A DNA stretch of 63,943 nt, the filler included, from Octopus bimaculoides (Eukaryota), in assembly GCF_001194135.2 (NCBI RefSeq). It is 7 parts of 6 records of this genome, joined end to end, with 100 filler letters (N's around TTAATTAATTAA, not from the genome) between each part and the next. Parts side by side here need not be neighbours in the genome. Positions count along the whole stretch, not along the records: positions 7,999 to 34,513 come from NC_068987.1; positions 34,614 to 42,134 come from NC_069005.1; 5 more parts are not named here. One strand, written 5' to 3'. The position numbers were made by a program, and so were the translations under genes. Within the stretch, counting starts at the first letter, position 1, and each line of letters starts with the position of its first letter. Below, piece after piece: positions 26,400 through 37,750 of this stretch. The notes beneath the pieces were generated by a model. It saw only the letters and a list, made by a program, of their open reading frames with translations, did no database searches and had not been told where the DNA came from.

Positions 26400-27570
26400 G
26401 TGGAAAGAAACCGGATACACACGATGGAACAAAACTTACAGGAGAAACCCAGACTAATTAACTTATCAAAGACAAATCTCTCTATAACAGCAATCAATAT
26501 ACTAGCCAAAGGTTTAAAATTTACTCCGACCCCACGAAGATTTAGCCTAATGAAATTAAAGAAAATATTTCGGAATTCTGCAAAAAACTACGACTCGCAG
26601 AAGCACTAACTGACTACAACAACGTAGATGAATCAGTAGTGAAAAACAAGTAATTACCTTCCACATAAGGGTAGGAATAAAACACTGGATGACTTCTACG
26701 ACCATATCCAAAATTTCCATTATACATCCCATAAACGGAAAATAAATTCGGGCCTCAACAATCTAGAATGGAAAAATCTAATCGAACTACACAACGACAA
26801 AGACCTGACGATTAAAGAAGCAGACACAGGAAGTGCTGTAGTTTTGATGGACACAGAACACAATAAAAACCTAGTCTTATCCATACTAGAAAACGAAGCC
26901 TTCTTCGAAAAAGGTATAAACTATAAACAGCAAAAAACAAGGAAAAATCTGCATCCTTAATTCTTCTACATGGAAAAGGTCTGACAGGAAAAGAAACAGA
27001 CTACATGAAGAACTTCAAATGCAAACCCAGTCTTTTTTACAGCCTTCCTAAATTACACAAGAGCAATATATCCACCTCCACCTGTAGACGAGGGAATTAA
27101 ACGTGCCCAAAAATTAGACATAAAAACACTAAGAACAACAAAACATAACACCACAATTCATCTCAAAACACTACTATTTATATCAACACACAACCCCAGA
27201 AACAGTGAGGCATTCAACACTATTGTGCAAAACCTTCCTTTACTAACTAGAGATCCAAAAATGAGCGACATCCTGAAAACGCACAAACTCATCAAATGTA
27301 AAAAGCAACACAAATCGCCAAAGGGACTGTTGACAAATGCGAAGCTCTACAAAACAATCACGAAACCAACAGTTAAAAAATGTGGACGCTCTAAATGTGG
27401 GACCTGTCCCAACTTACTTGAAGGCTCGAACTTCCTTTTCAAACAAAGACAGAGGTTCACAATTAAAACTAGTTTCAATTGGGCCTCTGAGAACCTAATT
27501 TATGTGATAACGTGCTCGGGTTGCGGACACAACTATAATGAACAGATGAGTATGACCTTGAGAAGGAGAA
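26400..27570 (+). mobile_element. PLE (Neptune-like) remnant: N-terminal RT region fused to zinc linker and start of the GIY-YIG endonuclease
   Basis: LINLSKTNLS...LAKGLKFTPTP; LTIKEADTGSAVVLMD; KPSLFYSLPKLHKSN; then KKCGRSKCGTCPNL...NWASENLIYVITCSGCGHNYNEQMSMTLRRR. The catalytic RT core is missing and there are many stops and frameshifts. Confidence 0.85.
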
Positions 27571-27571
27571 C

Positions 27572-27627
27572 CATACTGATGACGGAAATGAAGGTTTTTA
27601 CCATTCTGATCCAGAAACGCGTCTATG
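27572..27627 (+). ncRNA. Type I minimal hammerhead ribozyme motif at the PLE 3' end
   Basis: CATA-CTGATGA-(CGGA...TCCA stem II)-GAAA-CGCGTC-TATG. Stem I is CATA/TATG, the core boxes are intact, and stem III is the palindromic minimal form (GAAACGCGTC) typical of PLE hammerheads. The first stem II pair is a C-A mismatch. Confidence 0.7.
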
Positions 27628-27912
27628 AATAACTAAGACTTGATAGTTTCGTTGTTTTTTCTTCTTGTTTTGCCTTTGTGAGTTACAAGTACTGCTATCT
27701 GTTGGAGTTTTAGCACTTTAGGTGCTATTTCTGAACTTCGGTATGTGGTGAAGCAACTGTTGCTGTTCCCTTAATTATGTTTATAAATTTATAAGAACTT
27801 CTAAATAAATTCTTCACCGATAATGATGTTTACATACCGAAGTGCTTGATAAAAATTATTAATTATTAATTTATTAATAAATTAATATGCATTTACCCTT
27901 CTATTTGTAAGA

Positions 27913-27951
<39 letters not shown>

Positions 27952-28869
27952 CTTAATCATATCGAAGGGAAATGGAAATTATTAAACATTTTTGATTGCA
28001 TCGTGTTTATATATNNNNNNNNNNNNNNNNNNNNNNNNNNNNNNNNNNNNNNNNNNNNNNNNNNNNNNNNNNNNNNNNNNNNNNNNNNNNNNNNNNNNNN
28101 NNNNNNNNNNNNNNNNNNNNNNNNNNNNNNNNNNNNNNNNNNNNNNNNNNNNNNNNNNNNNNNNNNNNNNNNNNNNNNNNNNNNNNNNNNNNNNNNNNNN
28201 NNNNNNNNNNNNNNNNNNNNNNNNNNNNNNNNNNNNNNNNNNNNNNNNNNNNNNNNNNNNNNNNNNNNNNNNNNNNNNNNNNNNNNNNNNNNNNNNNNNN
28301 NNNNNNNNNNNNNNNNNNNNNNNNNNNNNNNNNNNNNNNNNNNNNNNNNNNNNNNNNNNNNNNNNNNNNNNNNNNNNNNNNNNNNNNNNNNNNNNNNNNN
28401 NNNNNNNNNNNNNNNNNNNNNNNNNNNNNNNNNNNNNNNNNNNNNNNNNNNNNNNNNNNNNNNNNNNNNNNNNNNNNNNNNNNNNNNNNNNNNNNNNNNN
28501 NNNNNNNNNNNNNNNNNNNNNNNNNNNNNNNNNNNNNNNNNNNNNNNNNNNNNNNNNNNNNNNNNNNNNNNNNNNNNNNNNNNNNNNNNNNNNNNNNNNN
28601 NNNNNNNNNNNNNNNNNNNNNNNNNNNNNNNNNNNNNNNNNNNNNNNNNNNNNNNNNNNNNNNNNNNNNNNNNNNNNNNNNNNNNNNNNNNNNNNNNNNN
28701 NNNNNNNNNNNNNNNNNNNNNNNNNNNNNNNNNNNNNNNNNNNNNNNNNNNNNNNNNNNNNNNNNNNNNNNNNNNNNNNNNNNNNNNNNNNNNNNNNNNN
28801 NNNNNNNNNNNNNNNNNNNNNNNNNNNNNNNNNNNNNNNNNNNNNNNNNNNNNNNNNNNNNNNNNNNNN

Positions 28870-28904
<35 letters not shown>

Positions 28905-28914
28905 TATATAGTGG

Positions 28915-29100
28915 AGAATTCCCAACAGAAGAACAAAAGACGAAGACAGGTGGTGTAAACAAGAAAACAGATGTATTAGTATAACGCTCGGGAAGTGAAA
29001 CTATCTTTAACGTTTCCAGCCCACGCTCTTCCGCAGAAGGGAACACAGAAAGAAACAAGGAGAGACAAAAGGAACGAAAGAAAAGAAAAAAATTGGAAAA
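28915..29100 (-). mobile_element. Probable PLE terminal-repeat fragment with degenerate hammerhead-like motif (29004-29041)
   Basis: Minus strand CCCTT-CTGCGGA-AGAGCGTGGGCTG-GAAACGTT-AAAGA has hammerhead-like topology, but the core is altered (CTGCGGA instead of CTGANGA). Confidence 0.4.
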
Positions 29101-29639
29101 AAAAAAGAGAAAACTGGAGAGAAAAAAAAAAAAGAGAGAATAAAGGAGAGCATTAAAAGAAAGATACTGACAGATAGATAAGATAGTTACATATATACAT
29201 GCATACATATATACACACACTTAGTGGATTTCCCTTGGTGTATAACTTTTATATAATATAATATTTGTAGTCTACGGACATTTTTACTCACCCTGGCAAC
29301 TAGTAAAAATTAATTTACCGTATATGTTTAGATTTTATATGCTTCTATTTATATATGTATATGAATAGAGATACATATATTTAGACATATCTTTCTCGTT
29401 TCCACATTTCGATAAATATATTCCTAAATCTAATTGGTGCCCTGCTTGTTTCTATTTGGCATTGTGTATGCCTCCATAACTCTATTAATTTAGAGAAGAA
29501 TATGCACCGCATAAACAATAGTAAAATGCGTCATTTTAATAACCCACCTAGTGAATCTATGAAACATACACATCTAAATACCAACGAAGGAGATGTAAAC
29601 CGAAATAAAAGCACCAAATACAGCCATATAGTGATAGTA

Positions 29640-30090
29640 AAAATGATTACGTTATAGCTAATGCGGTAACAGCATCGGAAAATGAAGTCAGAACTGCTAT
29701 ATAGACGAATTAATATAATAATGCTCATGCACAGGAGAGTGAAAAAGATCATTGATGAACCTCTGCATGTGCACACATCTGTGCACACAAAGGGAAGGGC
29801 CGTGTGTTTACAATGGGCAAACGGTTGATTCATTCAAGATTCATTATCGCAACCATGTCAGCAGCTTAAAGAGAATAAATAGGAGACATTCAAAATCTTT
29901 GGCTGATTTTGTGTGGCGACATAAAATGGTCCATAGTAAGGCATTCAATACTACATAATAGCATTTCCAGCAGACGCCGATTCTACTCCGAGAAATTCCA
30001 TTCTATTCTGTGGACTAATGAGAGGATCATTATTAAAACTTCTGAAAGACTCTGAAGATGCCTACAAATGTGCCTTCGCACAATGCAGTG
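29640..30090 (+). mobile_element. Decayed PLE GIY-YIG endonuclease fragment
   Basis: CVYNGQTVDSFKIHYRNHVSSLKRINRRHSKSLADFVWRHK, followed by YSEKFHSILWTNERII, matches the PLE EN pattern YIGxT..xFK.RY.NH..S...ST.LS..VW...CxLC..Ex..I. Confidence 0.65.
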
Positions 30091-30580
30091 GGAATGAATT
30101 TGAGTAACTGTTAATATAATTTACTTTAATGTGGGGTAGAATTAAGTTTAGCTTTTACCTCCCCATTCTTATAAATACCAAGTAGCTATTTAACTCGTTA
30201 TGTGAATGTGTGTGCTCAAATTGTATGAGGCAATGGGCATGCGGCATACAACTTACGCGGGGGCGTTTATGCTATTCTTTTATATTATTTCCCGCAGTAT
30301 TGCGTGTTTCGCTTCATTGTTGCATCTGTTATTTTATTATTGATCTTCTACATAAAAGAAGCGATATCCTTTAATTTGCTACTTTTCTGTACATGAAATG
30401 AGAAGATACATTGTGCAACTGTTATTTTAACAAGTTATACTTATTTATCACTCAGAGAGACATATCTGCACCAACTGATGCTTCTGAACCAGTTGTTAAG
30501 TATCCCATCCGTGCGGGATCGAACCTAGATGTGTTGAAACAATTGTAGCAATCAATAAAATATACATATATATTAACATC

Positions 30581-30616
<36 letters not shown>

Positions 30617-31470
30617 ANNNNNNNNNNNNNNNNNNNNNNNNNNNNNNNNNNNNNNNNNNNNNNNNNNNNNNNNNNNNNNNNNNNNNNNNNNNNNNNNNNN
30701 NNNNNNNNNNNNNNNNNNNNNNNNNNNNNNNNNNNNNNNNNNNNNNNNNNNNNNNNNNNNNNNNNNNNNNNNNNNNNNNNNNNNNNNNNNNNNNNNNNNN
30801 NNNNNNNNNNNNNNNNNNNNNNNNNNNNNNNNNNNNNNNNNNNNNNNNNNNNNNNNNNNNNNNNNNNNNNNNNNNNNNNNNNNNNNNNNNNNNNNNNNNN
30901 NNNNNNNNNNNNNNNNNNNNNNNNNNNNNNNNNNNNNNNNNNNNNNNNNNNNNNNNNNNNNNNNNNNNNNNNNNNNNNNNNNNNNNNNNNNNNNNNNNNN
31001 NNNNNNNNNNNNNNNNNNNNNNNNNNNNNNNNNNNNNNNNNNNNNNNNNNNNNNNNNNNNNNNNNNNNNNNNNNNNNNNNNNNNNNNNNNNNNNNNNNNN
31101 NNNNNNNNNNNNNNNNNNNNNNNNNNNNNNNNNNNNNNNNNNNNNNNNNNNNNNNNNNNNNNNNNNNNNNNNNNNNNNNNNNNNNNNNNNNNNNNNNNNN
31201 NNNNNNNNNNNNNNNNNNNNNNNNNNNNNNNNNNNNNNNNNNNNNNNNNNNNNNNNNNNNNNNNNNNNNNNNNNNNNNNNNNNNNNNNNNNNNNNNNNNN
31301 NNNNNNNNNNNNNNNNNNNNNNNNNNNNNNNNNNNNNNNNNNNNNNNNNNNNNNNNNNNNNNNNNNNNNNNNNNNNNNNNNNNNNNNNNNNNNNNNNNNN
31401 NNNNNNNNNNNNNNNNNNNNNNNNNNNNNNNNNNNNNNNNNNNNNNNNNNNNNNNNNNNNNNNNNNNNNN

Positions 31471-31515
<45 letters not shown>

Positions 31516-31544
31516 GTACATATATACCGTCTTATAGAGAAATG

Positions 31545-31745
31545 GACAAGCGATATATAGAGGACCTCAGCTCTTTAATGCCCTGCCAAAACAGTTGAGA
31601 GACCTGCAAGACATGGATAAAGAGGTCTCGAAGACAAAACTCGACGCTTTGTTCTCTATGATACCAGACGAACCAATGGCTCGAAATCAGACACAATTTA
31701 GGGCAGCGATGTCAAATTCTCTTATACACCAGATGTGCCATCAAA
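31545..31745 (+). mobile_element. CR1-clade LINE 3' end fragment
   Basis: RGPQLFNALPKQLRDLQDMDKEVSKTKLDALFSMIPDEPMARNQTQFRAAMSNSLIHQM matches the invertebrate CR1 ORF2 end GPxLFNxLP...FKxxLD...IPDEP...RAAxSNSL. Confidence 0.75.
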
Positions 31746-32879
31746 ATTCTTGATTGGACTATATCAGGTGGAAGAGAAGAGCCATGCAAGGAACGTGAAG
31801 AGAACACAACATAAAGGCGGAAAGGCGTAAAGGAAAAGGAAATGAAACTAAAGCAAATTTTCTGGTGGTAAAGTTAAAATATGTATATGCTCTCTATAGA
31901 TATTCACCCATGTGGAGAAGAGACAGTAGGCAGAGACAAAGAGGTGTAATGCTATGATTCTTTTTAGAATATCTGTACGTACTACACACAGTAGCAAATA
32001 CACTGGAAATTTGGAAGCTATTTATATTTCCACTTTGCATGAACACAGGTTGAAACGCGAAATTGATTTAATAACTGTTCTACATAGATTTCTAAATACT
32101 TCCTTTTTCGTATATATATTAACGTACAAATAATACACATACATATATATATATCTATATCTATATTTATATATATATATATNNNNNNNNNNNNNNNNNN
32201 NNNNNNNNNNNNNNNNNNNNNNNNNNNNNNNNNNNNNNNNNNNNNNNNNNNNNNNNNNNNNNNNNNNNNNNNNNNNNNNNNNNNNNNNNNNNNNNNNNNN
32301 NNNNNNNNNNNNNNNNNNNNNNNNNNNNNNNNNNNNNNNNNNNNNNNNNNNNNNNNNNNNNNNNNNNNNNNNNNNNNNNNNNNNNNNNNNNNNNNNNNNN
32401 NNNNNNNNNNNNNNNNNNNNNNNNNNNNNNNNNNNNNNNNNNNNNNNNNNNNNNNNNNNNNNNNNNNNNNNNNNNNNNNNNNNNNNNATATTATGTACAA
32501 TCTCCCTATATATATGTGTTCAGAAATGTGAGTTATGTTCTATGTTGACATTAAATTGTGGCTGCGTATGAAAAATCAGAAAAATATATCTCTGAAGTGA
32601 TTCTGAGGAAGATCAAAAAACCACAGTCGTGTGATGATAAAGGAATATCCTGCTTTGAATGCATGAAATATTACGCTCTTTTAACTTTAGGCTAATCTCA
32701 TTCTAACTTCACATATTACACTTCCCAAAACACACACACACCATCTAAACCGAGTCAATTATATAAGTAAATGTTTTCTCCAATGATCAAATAGTACGTA
32801 ACACGGAGATGACTGGATGGTGATAAAGATATTCATGATGATATTCAAAAGTGTATGTGGGTGATGAGGTGGGCATTAC

Positions 32880-32880
32880 A

Positions 32881-32949
<69 letters not shown>

Positions 32950-33035
32950 CTACATGAACTTCTAACTTGTTGTCTCTTGAGGTCTCTGGGTGAGACTTGG
33001 ATCCAACTTGTGCAAATGCAAAGCAAAAGTCAAAC

Positions 33036-33066
<31 letters not shown>

Positions 33067-33648
33067 TAATAATAATAATGATAATAATAATAACATTCCC
33101 TGATGAAGTATCAGGCAGTGGCTCACATGATGTCTCATTTTAACAGATCGGAAGTGCTACCGTGCACATATTTTGTCGTCGTATAAAAGATGGGCGACAG
33201 CAAATATTCTGCTCAATACCACTGATTTGCTTGTCAATTAGTTGACCTTAACTAGTTGAATATGTCCCTTAATGGCTGACAATACGTGTATCTCTGATGA
33301 AGAGCAGTAGTATTGGAGGAACGTCATAGCCAAGTGCTAAGAATAGTTTTTGGCGTTTGAATAATTCACTTTTGGAAACATAGTGGTTTTGTTAATCATA
33401 CTTATGCTAACTTTATCCAGGGACCTTTTGTGCGGGATGTGTTACTCACCCTGAACTCAATTCTAACTGGTCCCCAGATGCACGGTCATGCGCAGTTTAT
33501 CTTGATATAAGATTACTATGCTGTGCAAATATGGTCGTGATCCATATGCCTGATGTACCCTTATCAAACCGGTAGTGCTGATATTTGTACTCCAGGGTCA
33601 TGTTGAATGCATTAATCTCACACAACAAATAACAACAACAACAACATC

Positions 33649-33699
<51 letters not shown>

Positions 33700-34455
33700 C
33701 ATTCTCTAGAGCAACACAATGTACAAATCCAAATATATGGTACCCTAGGCATAACACCTACATGAACTTATAACTTGTTGTTTCTTGAGGTCTCTGGGTG
33801 AGACTTGGATCCAACTTGTACAAATACAAAGCACAAGTCAAACATAAAATAATAATAATAATAAATGCCCTGATGCAGTACCAGGCAGTGACTCTCATGA
33901 CTTCTGATCTTAATTGAATGGAAGTGTTATCATGTACATTGTTTTGTCTTGGTATAAAAGATGGGCTACAGCAAATATTCTACTTAATGCCACATATTTG
34001 CTTGTTAGTTGTTTGACCTTAACCAGTTGAACAAGTCCCTTGGTGGCTGACGATATGTGCATCTCTGACCATGAGCAGAAGTAGTGGGGGAGCATCATAG
34101 CAATGTGTTAAGAGGAATTCTTTGGGGTTTGAATAATTCACCTTTGGAAACATGGGTGTTTTGCTCACCATCCTTAAACAAACCTTATTCATGGACCTTT
34201 TGAGCGGGATGGGCTACTCTACCTGAAGAAAAGTCTAACTGGGCCCCACCTGCGAAGTCATGCGCTGTTTATCTTGATATGAGATCACCATATCGCGCAC
34301 ATATGGTTGTGATGCATGTGCCTCGTATACCCTTATCAGACGGGTAGTCATGATGGGTATACTGGGCTTCGTATATTTTACCCCAGTGTCACTTTGGTGG
34401 CATGCACTGCTCTCTCACTCAATAATAATAATAATAATGATAATAATAATAATAA
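32880..34455. repeat. Two tandem composite units embedded in (AAT)n: putative R4/Dong-type 3' tail (32949-33040; 33698-33850) plus an unclassified 500-550-bp repeat (33095-33600; 33866-34420)
   Basis: CCTACATGAACTT(C/A)TAACTTGTTG..TCTTGAGGTCTCTGGGTGAGACTTGGATCCAACTTGT occurs twice. CCCTGATG(A/C)AGTA(T/C)CAGGCAGTG...TATAAAAGATGGGC...GTTTATCTTGATAT...ACCCTTATCA occurs twice in diverged form. (AAT)n tracts lie at the boundaries. Confidence 0.75.
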
Positions 34456-34513
34456 TTTGGCCTTGATAAATGTGCAAAAGCTATCTTTATCAAAGGAAAA
34501 ATGACAAATACAT

Positions 34514-34613
34514 NNNNNNNNNNNNNNNNNNNNNNNNNNNNNNNNNNNNNNNNNNNNTTAATTAATTAANNNNNNNNNNNNNNNNNNNNNNNNNNNNNNN
34601 NNNNNNNNNNNNN
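34514..34613. other. Artificial 100-bp scaffold spacer
   Basis: 44N-TTAATTAATTAA(34558-34569)-44N. Confidence 0.95.
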
Positions 34614-34672
<59 letters not shown>

Positions 34673-35362
34673 AACATATACACAAATATACATATACACA
34701 TACGTGCATATACCCACACATATGTGCATACATATTCATGTACACACATGTGTATACATAAAAATAAATAAGCATCCAATGGGACATCATAGCTATATTT
34801 AAATTTATGTGATTTGGCAGTTATGAGTGGTATACAATGAAAAGAATAAAAAAATATAAGATACATAACATAACATATATACACACACACACAAACAAAC
34901 TCATATGTGTATTGATGAATGTGTGTGTATATATGTATATCTTTATGCTTGTGTTTGCGACCCCACAGCCCCATTGCCTGGCAACTGATGTGGTTTGTTT
35001 ATGTCCCTGTAACTTAGCAGCTCATCAAAACAGACTCGATAGTAGCAGTTTTATAAAATAAGCACTGAGCTCAATTTTTCTAACTTAATCCTTGAAGGCG
35101 GTGCATCAGAATGGCCGTGGGGCAATGACTGAAATAAGTAATGAAAAATATAAAATATAAAGAGTAAATATATTGAACATTAACAGTGCATTATAAACTT
35201 TTATGCAAAAACTCCCTCATTTTTCTCTGATTAAATAATTTGTGTTTTAGGAAGACAAGAAAAATAAAGGAGAAAATTAAATTCTGAAGCCAAAGAAAAA
35301 AAAAAAATAGAGAAACTGAGAAGGGAGGGGAAACTACCTCCCCCTCCACTTCTTCCACTTAC

Positions 35363-35485
35363 TTTTCTCCCTTTCCCTCTTTCTCTCTTCTCCTTCTTGT
35401 CAGATGCGGTTGTTCGTAGAGAAACTGTAGATCCATCACGCATTTCACTTTTGCGGCCTGGGGGTAACAGTATCTCTGGGGGTAA
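35363..35485 (-). CDS. LRRC71: LRRC71-like gene, internal exon (low-complexity basic linker): LPPEILLPPGRKSEMRDGSTVSLRTTASDKKEKRERGKGRK
   Basis: Branch-like TTCTAAT, an AG-free stretch to the CACCAG acceptor, a 123-nt open phase-0/0 exon and a consensus GTAAGT donor. The Lys/Arg/Ser-rich content fits the linker that follows the LRRs in LRRC71, but residue-level homology is weak. Confidence 0.6.
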
Positions 35486-36712
35486 CTGGTGTTGTCATTG
35501 TTGTCACATTCATTAGAATTATTGTGGAGTTATTGAAATTCAAAAAAATAAATAAAAAGAAAAAAAAAACAAAATTTAAGATTCATGAAATAAAAGAAAA
35601 GATTTTGAGATGTTTTCTGTTCTTTTACTTTTGTTGTAACTCTAAATGGGTAACGTCACTTCAAAGTGAGAAAATTTACTTCAAATGGAGACTGGAGATT
35701 TCAAAGTGAGTACATTTCACTTAAAATTTAAACTAATTTAACTCTAAACTGATTCAATAAAAATGTCACTTTTTCAGGTGTTTTATCTTGCTACATTATA
35801 GAGAGACTAGTATTATCACCTTACAGGTTGTTTTTCTGCTAATCTGTATAATATCCAGATCTTTTCTGTTTGGCTTCACTTTTTCAAACTTTAAAATTAA
35901 ATGAAAATTTTTAAATTTGATAATATTGATGTAATTTTGCATACTGAATTTGATGTTGCTATTTGATGTTGAATTTGATGTTCCAGAAAAATTTTAGAAA
36001 AATGTTACAAAGGTTTAAATTTTGATAATTTTTATCCAATCAGAAAACAGGATTTGGAAGCTGGTATTTGGTGCATGATGACAACATTACGATGACAAAA
36101 CATTCAACAACAGAAATTTCAATAAGTTTTAATGAATAGTCATATAAAATGCAGGAACAAGCATTAGGAAAAACAGACTGAAGTTCAGTTCATGTAACAA
36201 TACATATTTTGTAGAGAGAACATAAAATTACAAAAACACAAGCTGTAGCTCAGCCCATGTAATATACAAATTTTGTAGCAAAAGCATTAAATTGTGAAAA
36301 CAAAAAATTATAGGAGTAGTTCTTTCTGGCCTGAAGCTCCCGTAGAGGGCACATGAGGGAACAACTGTTAAGTTTTGCTGGTTCCTGTGATCCAACGTTG
36401 GATTTACTGTTGCTGATTGCATCTCAAGGTAAGAGCAACCTTTATTTATTATACCTTACAACTACACTAACCCAAGATGCCACATGCTGGGAGTGAACCT
36501 GTTACCTTTACCTTGTGGTTGTGAAGCAAACTTTTCAACTGTCCACTCCATACACCTACATACATATATTTACATATATATACATACCAGGTATGAGTAA
36601 ACAGAAATTAGGCATTACCAAAGTAAAGTGTCAACACAAATACACACACAAACACATACACACACACACCCACACACACGTGCACATACACACGCACATA
36701 CATAAATCGCAT

Positions 36713-37398
36713 GTGTAGGCTATGTCATGTTTCTGTGGAAGACATCACGCATGTGATTAGCAGCCATCCTAAAATGCCGTCACGGTACTACCTCCCAATG
36801 CAGCATGATGTTGTCGCTAAAACAATTAACAATGCCATCTGCAAAAACGACTGTCCTGAAATAAACTTAGAAAATCCCTCTGTTATAGCATACGTTCATA
36901 AACACCAACTCAAGGATTACTCATGGAATATTCCCATCAAAACTTCTGTTAAATGTAAACACAACAGACTGGATATTGTTGTTTGGGACAAAGGGGTAAA
37001 GGTATGTACCATCATAGAGGTCAGCTGCCCTGTAGATATAAATATCTCTTTGAAAATCAAAGAGAAAGAGGATATCTATGGACAACTGCTTCGAAACTCC
37101 AGCTTCTGTATCCAGACTATGAATTCATATTCATACCAATAATAATTGGAGTTCTAGGTTTTGTTAGTAAATACTTAAAGGAGAATTTGGATAAACTATT
37201 TTTTTTCAGAAAGAGAAACTGACCAGTTGATTCATCTATTACAAGTGCAATCTGTGAGTGGAACAGTAAAAATATGCAAGACTTTTCTCAAGTTTCAAAT
37301 ATGAATTTGTCTGTGTTAACTACATCCCAAAGATGGAGTCTTGTATCTTTGTTGGAAAACAGTTCCCTCTTCTGTGGAAGATTTATAATAATTAAAAA
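36713..37398 (+). mobile_element. 5'-truncated R4/Dong-clade non-LTR retrotransposon (CCHC + restriction-like endonuclease), intronic and antisense to LRRC71
   Basis: CRLCHVSVEDITHVISSHPKMPSRYYLPMQHDVVAK...KHNRLDIVVWDKGVKVCTIIEVSCPVDINISLKIKEKEDIYGQLLRN-LQLLYPDYEFIFIPIIIGVLG shows the CRxC..E..xH motif, the (P)D..D RLE and EKxxxY, with frameshifts. It ends in ATAATAATTAAAAAA. Confidence 0.85.
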
Positions 37399-37445
37399 AT
37401 AGAAGAGATATACATATATACAATACATATACATACACATATGAC

Positions 37446-37535
37446 TGGATTTTTCATATCATCAATTTGTTTTTCCATTATGAGTTTTCTCCTCTCAAAA
37501 ATTTCATCATCATTCAGTGTAAATTTTGACAGAAC
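37446..37535 (-). CDS. LRRC71: LRRC71-like exon: VLSKFTLNDDEIFERRKLIMEKQIDDMKNP (donor uncertain; may extend to 37437, adding VIC)
   Basis: Acceptor ...TTATTTACAACAG|GTT, phase 0. It matches recalled human LRRC71 [22 protein letters not shown]. Two phase-0 donors are possible: CCA|GTCATA or TGT|GTATGT. Confidence 0.8.
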
Positions 37536-37565
37536 CTGTTGTAAATAACAACAACAACAATAATA

Positions 37566-37750
37566 ATCCTTTCCACTATCGGCACAAGGCCTGAAATTTG
37601 AGGGGAGGGGGATAGCCACTGGTACTTAACTTATCGACCCTGAGAGGATGAAAGGTAAAGTCGACCTCGGCAGAATTTGAACTCAGAACGATGGGTGAAA
37701 TACCACTAAGCATTTCATCCAACATGCTAACAATTCCGCCAGCTAACTAC
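37566..37750 (-). mobile_element. Family A SINE in LRRC71 intron
   Basis: GGCACAAGGCCTGAAATTT...TTATCGACCCTGAGAGGATGAAAGGTAAAGTCGACCTCGGCAGAATTTGAACTC is the reverse complement of family A. Confidence 0.75.

Noticed and set aside
30505-30530. GGTTCGATCCC on the minus strand as a tRNA T-loop
   Set aside because: No A-box at the right distance and no cloverleaf; a lone B-box-like match.
36228-36435. Possible extra LRRC71 exon or a plus-strand exon ending CAAG|GTAAGA
   Set aside because: No convincing acceptor and no LRR or LRRC71 similarity in any frame.
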